Origin: Candidatus Eiseniibacteriota bacterium
GTDB lineage: Bacteria; Eisenbacteria; RBG-16-71-46; DASYSL01
Length of the DNA: 12,775 bases
Assembly (NCBI GenBank): GCA_046598045.1
Contig: JBKJJJ010000170.1
Span: 1 to 12,775, forward strand
Direction of reading: 5' to 3'
How positions within the stretch are numbered: the first letter of the stretch is position 1; each line of letters opens with the position of its first letter. A program made the position numbers and the translations under genes. The notes beneath the pieces were generated by a model. That model made no database searches. It was given only the letters and a program-made list of their open reading frames with translations, and had not been told where the DNA came from. Below, in pieces: positions 1 to 6,959 of this stretch.

Positions 1-1
1 G

Positions 2-301
2 CGCCACGTCGCGCTCGCGCTCCTGGCCGCCGGCACGATCGTGGCGTGGCCGGCGTGGTGGGCGCTCGGTGCGGCGTACACGGCCGTCGGCGGCACGACG
101 CTCGCCCACGCGCTCGAACAACTGTTTGCGCCCGCGACCAAGCTGCTGCTCGCGCCGCTCGCCGTACCCCGCGTGGCGCTCATGGTCTCGGTGTGCGTCG
201 CGCCCGCGCTGGCGTGGGCCTCGTTCGAGATCCCGCGCGCCTCGGAGCGCTGGGCGCGCCGCGTGGCGTTCGGCCGCGCCGCGCGCGTTCGCGTGCGTTG
301 A
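2..301 (+). CDS. Partial (5'-truncated) hydrophobic membrane protein, C-terminal ~99 aa
   Basis: The frame is open from base 2 ([23 protein letters not shown]...), has several hydrophobic stretches and a basic C-terminus, and ends at TGA 299-301, which overlaps the TTG start of the next gene (TTGA coupling). Family not recognised. Confidence 0.6.
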   Translation, partial: RHVALALLAAGTIVAWPAWWALGAAYTAVGGTTLAHALEQLFAPATKLLLAPLAVPRVALMVSVCVAPALAWASFEIPRASERWARRVAFGRAARVRVR

Positions 302-2409
302 GCGCCCGCCGCGCCAACCGGCTCGCTGGCGAGAAGAGTCCCTACCTCCTCCAGCACGCGCACAATCCCGTCGACTGGCATCCATGGGGCGACGAGGCGT
401 TCGCGCTCGCGCGTAAGAGCGATCGCCCGATCTTCCTCTCGATCGGCTATGCGACCTGCCACTGGTGCCACGTCATGGAGCGCGAGTCGTTCGAGGACGA
501 GCGCGTCGCGGCGCTCCTCAACGAGCACTTCGTGCCGATCAAGGTCGACCGCGAGGAGCGGCCCGACGTCGACCGCGTCTACATGACCGCGATGCAGGCC
601 ATGGGCCTCGGCGGCGGCTGGCCGCTCAACGTCTTCCTCACGCCCGAGCTCGCGCCCTTCTACGGCGGCACGTATTTTCCGCCGAGCGGACAGTACGGGC
701 GGCCGGGCATGCTCGAGCTGCTGCCGCACGTGAGCAAGGCGTGGAACGAGGAGCGCGCCGCGCTCGAGGAGAACGGCAAGCACCTGCTGCACGCGCTCTC
801 CGAGATGGCGCAGGCGGAGGCGGACGCCGAAGCGCCCGGGACCGACGCGCTGGGCGACGCCGCGTTCGCCGCGCTCGAGCGCAGTGCCGACCCCGAGTGG
901 GGCGGCTTCGGCCGCGCACCCAAGTTCCCGACCGCGGCGAACCTCGCGTTCCTCTGGGCGGACGCGGCGCGCGTCGCGGCCCGCGACCCGGATCGCGCGG
1001 ACCATGCGCGCAAGCTCGCTCTCTTCCAGCTCGCCCGCATGCGCGAGCGCGGCATCCACGACCACCTGGGCGGCGGGTTCCATCGCTACGCGGTCGATCG
1101 CACGTGGCTCGTGCCGCACTTCGAGAAGATGCTCTACGACCAGGCGCAACTCGCGATCGCCTACCTCGAGGCCTACCGCGCGACCGGGCTCGCGGAGTTC
1201 GCGGACACGGCGCGCGGCGTGTTCACGTATGTGGCCCGTGACCTCACGGGCGCGCACGGCGCGTTCCGCTCGGCCGAGGACGCCGACAGCGAGGGCGAGG
1301 AGGGCCGCTTCTACGTCTGGCGGCCCGACGAACTCGAGGCGGCGCTGGGGAAGGAAGACGCCGCGCTGTTCGCGGCGCGCTACGGCGTGACGCCGGAGGG
1401 CAACTTCGAGGGCGGCGGCGCCACCGTGCTGCACGAGGCCGCCCCGCTCGAGGACGTCGCAGCGAGCGCCGGCCTGACCACCGAGGTCGCCGGCGCGCGT
1501 CTCGCCGCCGCGCGGGAGAGGCTGCTGGCGGCGCGGTCCCTGCGCCCGCGGCCGTTGCTCGACGACAAGGTGATCGCGGCGTGGAACGGGCTCATGATCT
1601 CGGCCTGCGCGCGCGGGGCGGTGATCCTCGGCGACGTCGCGCTCGCTCAACAGGCGGAACGCGCCGCGCGCTTCGTGCTGGGCGCGCTCTGGAACCCGGA
1701 GACCGGCGCGCTCGCGCGGCGCTGGCGCGAGGGCGAGGCCGGCGGCGCCGGGCAGCTCGACGACTACGCATTCCTCGCGCGCGGGCTGCTCGACCTGTAC
1801 CAGGCGACGTTCGATCCCGCGTGGCTCGAGCACGCGACCCTACTCGCGGCCGCGATGGGCGCGCGCTTCTCCGACGACGAGGAGGGTGCATTCTTCGAAT
1901 CCCCCGCGGGCGACCCGACGATTCGCGTGCGCATGAAGGACGGGTTCGACGGCGCCGAGCTCGCCGGGAACTCGATCGGAGCCCTGGTGTGCCTCGAGTT
2001 GGCGGGGATCACCGGTCGCGCCGACTTCGCGGCGCACGCGCGGGGGACGATCGCGTACTACGGGCGCCGCCTCGCCGAGCACCCGGTGGCGATGCCCCAG
2101 ATGCTGGTTGCGATGATGGCCGCGCGGGAGGCACCGCGGCACGTGGTGATCGTCGTCGGGGACTCGGGACCGGAAGGGGAGGACACGCGCGCAATGCTCT
2201 CCGCGGCACGCGGCGCAATCGGCCCGGGCGAGGCGCTGCTCCGGGTCGACTCCGCGGCGACGCGCGCCCGACTCGCCGCGCTCGCCGCATTCGTCGAACC
2301 GCTGGCCCCTGTGGGCGGGAAGGCCACCGCCTATGTCTGCGTTCTGGGCGCGTGCCATGCGCCGACGCACGACCCGGCCGCTCTCGCGGCGGACCTGCGC
2401 GGCGCGTAG
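298..2409 (+). CDS. Thioredoxin domain-containing protein, YyaL/SSP411 family (DUF255 thioredoxin-like domain plus alpha/alpha-barrel)
   Basis: Family N-terminus [25 protein letters not shown] motif, [56 protein letters not shown] and a C-terminal AYVC..C..P. The start is moved from 46 to TTG 298 because the upstream extension is Arg-rich shadow sequence and TTG overlaps the previous stop. Confidence 0.93.
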   Translation: MSARRANRLAGEKSPYLLQHAHNPVDWHPWGDEAFALARKSDRPIFLSIGYATCHWCHVMERESFEDERVAALLNEHFVPIKVDREERPDVDRVYMTAMQAMGLGGGWPLNVFLTPELAPFYGGTYFPPSGQYGRPGMLELLPHVSKAWNEERAALEENGKHLLHALSEMAQAEADAEAPGTDALGDAAFAALERSADPEWGGFGRAPKFPTAANLAFLWADAARVAARDPDRADHARKLALFQLARMRERGIHDHLGGGFHRYAVDRTWLVPHFEKMLYDQAQLAIAYLEAYRATGLAEFADTARGVFTYVARDLTGAHGAFRSAEDADSEGEEGRFYVWRPDELEAALGKEDAALFAARYGVTPEGNFEGGGATVLHEAAPLEDVAASAGLTTEVAGARLAAARERLLAARSLRPRPLLDDKVIAAWNGLMISACARGAVILGDVALAQQAERAARFVLGALWNPETGALARRWREGEAGGAGQLDDYAFLARGLLDLYQATFDPAWLEHATLLAAAMGARFSDDEEGAFFESPAGDPTIRVRMKDGFDGAELAGNSIGALVCLELAGITGRADFAAHARGTIAYYGRRLAEHPVAMPQMLVAMMAAREAPRHVVIVVGDSGPEGEDTRAMLSAARGAIGPGEALLRVDSAATRARLAALAAFVEPLAPVGGKATAYVCVLGACHAPTHDPAALAADLRGA

Positions 2410-2415
2410 CCGAGC

Positions 2416-2742
2416 CTAGCAGCCCCGACCGTTGTGCTTCGCCCGCCAGATGCGGCGGCTCTGCACGCGCTGCTCGCTCAGGATGCGCGCGCGCTCGCGC
2501 GGCGTGAAGCGCCCGTCCATGCGCGCGCGGAGGAGATCCCGAACGACGCGCGCCTGGCCGCGCTCGAGGCGGGCGGTCTCGCGCGGCGTCAGCGAACCCG
2601 AGCGCACGCCCTGGTCGATGCGTTCCTGCTGGTGGATGCGCTGGCGATGGATGCGCGGCGCCGCGGCATCGGCGGTCACGGCGGCCCCGGCGAGACCCAG
2701 CGCCAGGACAGCGGCGGAAACGAGTGCGAGGTGCTTGGACAT
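2416..2742 (-). CDS. Small secreted Arg/Gln-rich helical hypothetical protein (108 aa)
   Basis: Strong SD AAGGAGG upstream of the ATG, a Sec signal peptide (MSKHLALVSAAVLALGLAGAAVTADA), and an internal repeat (SGSLTPRETARL / DGRFTPRERARI) typical of a widespread uncharacterised 'QQxRIxQGVRSGxLT' family. Confidence 0.85.
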   Translation of the reverse strand: MSKHLALVSAAVLALGLAGAAVTADAAAPRIHRQRIHQQERIDQGVRSGSLTPRETARLERGQARVVRDLLRARMDGRFTPRERARILSEQRVQSRRIWRAKHNGRGC

Positions 2743-2814
2743 GGCCTGATTCCTCCTTCAGCCTTGCATTGGCGTGCGGTCGGCCGGTCGGCCGGCTTCA
2801 CACAGGGAGGAGAG

Positions 2815-2830
2815 TGCAGCCGCCGTGCCA
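2815..2830 (-). promoter_or_regulatory. Putative sigma-54 (RpoN) -24/-12 promoter for the small secreted protein gene
   Basis: The minus strand reads TGGCACGGCGGCTGCA, matching TGGCACG-N4-TTGCW with one mismatch and exact GG-N10-GC spacing. It is intergenic, correctly oriented and about 70 nt upstream of the ATG at 2742. Confidence 0.7.
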
Positions 2831-2949
2831 CGTGGCGATCCAGATCCGGAAGGCGTCAATCGCGAGGAATCGCCCCCTCCGCCGTTCGGCCGCCGGCATG
2901 AGTGCGCGGCAGAGCATGCACCGCAAGGGCCACCGCCCGGGCCGGGTGT

Positions 2950-2968
2950 CCCCCGCGGTTCACGGGGA
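2950..2968 (-). terminator. GC-rich hairpin just downstream of the TonB-dependent receptor stop (possible terminator or stabiliser)
   Basis: The minus strand reads UCCCCGUG-AAC-CGCGGGGG, an 8-bp stem with two G-U pairs, 8 nt after the stop codon. There is no U-tract, so support is weak. Confidence 0.3.
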
Positions 2969-2976
2969 GGGAGCGC

Positions 2977-5118
2977 TCAGAACGGCGCGACCGAGAGCGA
3001 AGCCCGCAGGGTGAACGGCTCGACCGGATGGAAGTGAATGTCGTCCACGCCGCCGGCGGCCTCGCCGCGCAGGCGCGAGCCGTAGTAGTAGTCGATGTCG
3101 CTCGACTTCGAGTCCAGCAAGTTGAGCGCCTCGAATCCGAGCTTGAGCCCGTTCGCGAAGCGATAGTCGAGCTGGGCCGAGAGCAGGGTCGAGGCCTTCG
3201 AGCGCACGGAGTTGTCCTCGATCAGGGCCCGCGGCCCGAACGTCTTGATCCGCGCTCCGGTGGAGAAGCGTCCGAGATCGCTCACATGGACGCCGCCCGA
3301 GACCACCGTCTCCGATGCGCCCGGGATGTGGTCGCCCGTGGGGTCGTCGTCGGTGGAGCGCGCGCGGGATGTGGCGGCCGCGAGGTCCGCGAGCACGCGC
3401 CGCGCGGGCCGCCACGTCGCCGTCCATTCGACGCCCAGGCGCCGGCTCGGGCGGCTGGCCTCGGTCGTGCCCGCGTCGCCGACGAACAGCAGCTCGGAGT
3501 CGATGCCCAATCCCCAGAGCGCGAGCGAGGTCGAGAGGTTCGGCAACAGCGTGGACCGCAGCCCGACTTCGCCGCCGCGCGTGCGCACGAGGGGATCGAC
3601 CGGCTCGACCGGATCCCCCGACTTCGGATCGACGTGGATGGTCGTGCCGCGCGCGTCGTTCGAGTGGTAACCCATGCCGAAGTTGACGAAGTATGCGGTG
3701 CGATCCCACGGCCCGAACAGGAACGACAGCTTCGGCGACACGATGCCTGCGCTGCGCGTCCCGCCGTTGGGGGGATTGTCACTCGCGACGTCGAAGCGGT
3801 AGCCGTCGCCGCGCAGGCCGAGCGTCGCGCGCACGGCCTTCGACCACTGCAGCGAGACGTGGCCGAACACCGCGGCATTGCCCTCGTGCACCCGGTCCTC
3901 GCGCGTGGTCGAGAGGCGCTCGCGGGCGCGCGTGGAGTAGAGCGCGACCTTGCCGATGTCGTCGTAGCGCCCCGAGAGGCCCGCCCCGGACTCGATCTCG
4001 CGCGCTCCCCAAGTTCCAGTCCACGTGCGGTCGGTGCGCAGGCCGTACACGCGGCGATCATCGAATTGCTCGAACTGGTCGCCATTCGTCGTGTCGTCGA
4101 GGAAGTAGGTGAAGTTGGAGAACAGATTCAGGCGGTACTGGAAGGCGTACGCCGAAGCCCGCGTCAGACGTCCCGGGAGCACCTGCTGCCATTCCGCCGA
4201 GAGGCTGTAACGATGGCTCGCGCCCCCATCCGTCGGGTCGATCGCTCCGAACGTCCCGATCTGGCCACTCTCGACCGCACGCAACGGAATCTGGTCGGTG
4301 GAATTCCAGCGCCCGTCGTAGCCCATGGCCGAGAGGCTGAATCCGCCGGTGGGGCTGCTGTGGGACAGCCGGGCGATCCCGTTGAGCTTCCGGTAGTCGT
4401 CGGCGTGGTCCCACGGGCCATTGTTGTGGAACGCCTCGAGCGCCAGGAGTAGATCGGTGTGGCTGTCCCCGTCGTCCGCGGAGACGGGGCCACGACGGAG
4501 CCGGGTGCTGGTCGCGGCGAACGCCCGCGCGTAGCCATCCTGGTCCACCGAGAGTTCCCCGATCGCTTGTTCGACCGTGTTGCGGTAGGTGATGTTCGCC
4601 GTGCCCGCGGAGGCGAAGTCGCCCTCCTCCGCGAAGTACGGCCCCTTCTTGTACTGGATGCCGCTGACGAGTTCGGGGATTGCGAAGTTGAGATCGGAGT
4701 AGCCCTGCCCGTGGCCGTGCGTCGGCATGTTGACCGGCAGACCTGCGAGCGTGGTCGCGAAGTCGGTCCCGTGGTCGAGGTTGAAGCCGCGCAGGTAGTA
4801 CTGGTTCGCCTTGCCCTCGCCGCTGTGCTGGCTGATCACGACCCCGGGAACGTTCTCGAGTACTTCGCCCGCGCGGCGGTAGGCGCGCGCGCGGATCTGT
4901 TCCGGGCTGATCGTGCCCTGGCTGGCGGACTGGACGCGGGCGAGGCTCTTCTCGAACGAATCCCGGACCTCGGTCACGGCCAGCGTTTCGGCCACGGCGT
5001 CGGTCGTCCCGAGGCGGGGGCGGGCGGACTGCACGGTCGAGCCCGGCGGCCCGGCGCTCGCGAGGGTGGCGCTGAGCAGCAGGGCCAGGCACGACAACTC
5101 GAGGGCGGGCTTGAACAT
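2977..5118 (-). CDS. TonB-dependent outer-membrane receptor (713 aa), possibly Ni/Co-type subfamily
   Basis: The ATG at 5118 has GGAG 7 nt upstream and is followed by a signal peptide (MFKPALELSCLALLLSATLASA) and a TonB-box-like ETLAVT. Plug motifs: LENVPGV, QHSGEGKANQYYLRGFNLDHGTDF, PTHGHGQGYSDLN, KGPY. Amphipathic beta-strands, ALNLLD and a terminal Phe complete the barrel. Confidence 0.92.
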   Translation of the reverse strand: MFKPALELSCLALLLSATLASAGPPGSTVQSARPRLGTTDAVAETLAVTEVRDSFEKSLARVQSASQGTISPEQIRARAYRRAGEVLENVPGVVISQHSGEGKANQYYLRGFNLDHGTDFATTLAGLPVNMPTHGHGQGYSDLNFAIPELVSGIQYKKGPYFAEEGDFASAGTANITYRNTVEQAIGELSVDQDGYARAFAATSTRLRRGPVSADDGDSHTDLLLALEAFHNNGPWDHADDYRKLNGIARLSHSSPTGGFSLSAMGYDGRWNSTDQIPLRAVESGQIGTFGAIDPTDGGASHRYSLSAEWQQVLPGRLTRASAYAFQYRLNLFSNFTYFLDDTTNGDQFEQFDDRRVYGLRTDRTWTGTWGAREIESGAGLSGRYDDIGKVALYSTRARERLSTTREDRVHEGNAAVFGHVSLQWSKAVRATLGLRGDGYRFDVASDNPPNGGTRSAGIVSPKLSFLFGPWDRTAYFVNFGMGYHSNDARGTTIHVDPKSGDPVEPVDPLVRTRGGEVGLRSTLLPNLSTSLALWGLGIDSELLFVGDAGTTEASRPSRRLGVEWTATWRPARRVLADLAAATSRARSTDDDPTGDHIPGASETVVSGGVHVSDLGRFSTGARIKTFGPRALIEDNSVRSKASTLLSAQLDYRFANGLKLGFEALNLLDSKSSDIDYYYGSRLRGEAAGGVDDIHFHPVEPFTLRASLSVAPF

Positions 5119-5266
5119 CGGGATCTCCAGGGACGGTGGATTCGGTCGCGCGGGAGTCGAGTACAGGCTGGAGCATGCGCGGTGGCGCCATCGATTTCCA
5201 ATACGTAACCAGAGAGCGAGCGGATGAGGCACCTCGTTATTTGCGCCTTTGGCGTGCGCTGTGAGG

Positions 5267-5295
5267 TTTCGCCCGACGCCGCGCCGTGCTACTTT
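5267..5295 (+). promoter_or_regulatory. Putative extended -10 sigma-70-type promoter for the beta-propeller operon
   Basis: TG-C-TACTTT at 5287-5295, with a weak -35 (TTTCGC at 5267-5272, 17-nt spacer), lies 57 nt upstream of the ATG at 5353. Confidence 0.4.
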
Positions 5296-5352
5296 CGGCG
5301 CCTTGCCCCGTCAGGCATCGCCGCATCGTTCGTCAGCATGGAGGCTCCCCCA

Positions 5353-6675
5353 ATGCCCCGCGTTCACCACGCTTCGGTCAAGGACGGCGACGTCGTCGTC
5401 CTCGTCGGCACCATGAAGGGCGCGTTCCTCTTCCGCTCCACGGCCGCGCGCAAGCGCTGGGAGCGCGGCGGCCCGTACTTCGCCGGCCATTCCGTCTATG
5501 CGCTCGCCTATGACGGCCGCAAGGGACGTCGCCGCCTGCTTGCCGGGACCTCGAGCATGCACTGGGGTTCGGTGATCTGCACCAGCGACGACTTCGGCCG
5601 GAGCTGGACCGAGCCCGAGGAAGCGAACGTGAAGTTCCCCGCGGATGCGGGGCTCTCGCTCAAGAACATCTGGCAGATCGAGCCCGCGTCCGCCGACCGG
5701 CCGGACACGCTGTGGGCGGGCGTCGAGCCCGCGTCGTTGTTCGAATCCAACGACGCGGGCAGGACGTGGTCGCTCGTGCGCGGCTTGCACGACCACCCGC
5801 ACCGCGCGCAGTGGCAGCCCGGCGGCGGTGGCCTCGGCCTGCACACGATCCTGCCCGATCCGGTCGACGCGCGGCGCATGACGATCGCGATCTCGACCGG
5901 CGGCGTGTACCGCACGGACGACGGCGGCAAGACCTGGGCGGCGAAGAACAAGGGCGTGCGCGCCGACTTCCTGCCGGACAAGCACCCCGAGTTCGGACAG
6001 TGCGTCCACAAGATCGCGCAGAACCCGCGGCGGCCCGAGCGGCTCTACCTGCAGAACCACTGGGGCCTCTATCGCAGCGACAACGGGGGTGAGAGTTGGC
6101 AGGACATGGCGCACGGCGTGCCGTCCGATTTCGGGTTCCCGATCGTCGCCCATCCGCATGACCCCGAGGTGGCGTACATCATCCCGCTCGAGAGCGACGT
6201 GTTCCGCGCCACGCCCGAGGGCCGGTTGCGCGTCTACCGCACGCGCGACGGCGGCAAGTCGTGGGAGGCGCTGACCAAGGGCCTGCCCCAGAAGGACGCC
6301 TACGAGACCGTGCTGCGCGACGGCCTGGCGATGGACACGCTCGACCCGGCGGGCGTCTACTTCGGCACGCGCAGCGGCAAGCTCTACGGCTCGAGTGACG
6401 GCGGGGCCTCGTGGACGCTCCTGGCCGACGGCTTGCCGCCGATCGTATGCGTCAAGACCGCGGTCATCGGCGACGCCAGGCCCTTGAAGGCAGCCACGAA
6501 GGGGGGCGCGAAGAAGGCGAGGAGCAAGGTCCCCGGGAATGCCGATAAGAGAGCCATGAAAACTTCCGCGGCGACACCCGCGCAGAAATCCGCAAAGCGG
6601 GGAAAGCATCAGGCCACGAAGGCCGCGAAGGCGCGCACCGCCTCTCCGAGCGGCGCAACAAAGAAGAAGAAATAG
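5353..6675 (+). CDS. BNR/Asp-box repeat beta-propeller protein (sialidase/Vps10-like fold, usually annotated exo-alpha-sialidase or glycosyl hydrolase) with a Lys/Ala-rich C-terminal tail, 440 aa
   Basis: SD GGAGG at 5340-5344 precedes ATG 5353. N-terminal VLVGTMKGAF is followed by six Asp boxes (SDDFGRSW, SNDAGRTW, TDDGGKTW, SDNGGESW, TRDGGKSW, SSDGGASW) and the motifs GQCVHK, QNHWG and PSDFGFP. No signal peptide. Confidence 0.9.
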   Translation: MPRVHHASVKDGDVVVLVGTMKGAFLFRSTAARKRWERGGPYFAGHSVYALAYDGRKGRRRLLAGTSSMHWGSVICTSDDFGRSWTEPEEANVKFPADAGLSLKNIWQIEPASADRPDTLWAGVEPASLFESNDAGRTWSLVRGLHDHPHRAQWQPGGGGLGLHTILPDPVDARRMTIAISTGGVYRTDDGGKTWAAKNKGVRADFLPDKHPEFGQCVHKIAQNPRRPERLYLQNHWGLYRSDNGGESWQDMAHGVPSDFGFPIVAHPHDPEVAYIIPLESDVFRATPEGRLRVYRTRDGGKSWEALTKGLPQKDAYETVLRDGLAMDTLDPAGVYFGTRSGKLYGSSDGGASWTLLADGLPPIVCVKTAVIGDARPLKAATKGGAKKARSKVPGNADKRAMKTSAATPAQKSAKRGKHQATKAAKARTASPSGATKKKK

Positions 6676-6680
6676 TCCCT

Positions 6681-6959
6681 GTGGCGGTCTGCTTTCTCCT
6701 CCCGACCTACCTTCGCCCGTTCGCCGCCGGCGCGAGCCGGCTCGAGCTGTCCGGGCGCGCACCGACCGTCGCCGCGGCACTCGAGGCCCTGCGCGCGCTC
6801 CACCCGGGCGTGCTCGATCGCGTCCTGACCGAGCAGGGCGACGTGCGGCCGCACGTCAACCTGTTCGTGGGCGACGAGAGCATTCGCCACACCGGCGGGC
6901 TCGCCACGCCGCTCGGCGACGACGCCGAGATCTCGATCGTACCCGCCGTGAGCGGCGGG
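6681..6959 (+). other. MoaD/ThiS/CysO-type ubiquitin-like sulfur-carrier domain lacking a stop codon after its Gly-Gly
   Basis: A 93-aa domain ending IVPAVSGG (GGC GGG at 6954-6959). The next codon is GCG rather than a stop. Confidence 0.88.

Noticed and set aside
46..297. 84-codon N-terminal extension of the YyaL-like ORF
   Set aside because: Arg/Ala-rich shadow translation overlapping the upstream membrane gene. Family similarity begins just after TTG 298.
2777..2796. Short tandem CGGTCGGC x2 in the 5' leader of the small secreted gene
   Set aside because: Only two GC-only units, expected by chance. No spacers, so not CRISPR, and no riboswitch consensus recognised.
2902..5208. Long plus-strand ORFs (2902-4452, 4459-5208) and alternative minus frames over the receptor
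   Set aside because: Antisense or off-frame shadows expected from GC-rich codon bias, with no recognisable motifs.
5119..5352. Possible cobalamin or other riboswitch upstream of the TonB-dependent receptor
   Set aside because: No B12-box or other aptamer consensus recognised by eye, and the region must also hold two divergent promoters. An Rfam/Infernal scan would be decisive.
5353..6480. Calling the beta-propeller a true sialidase
   Set aside because: Asp boxes are structural and shared by many propellers. No FRIP motif or signal peptide is seen.
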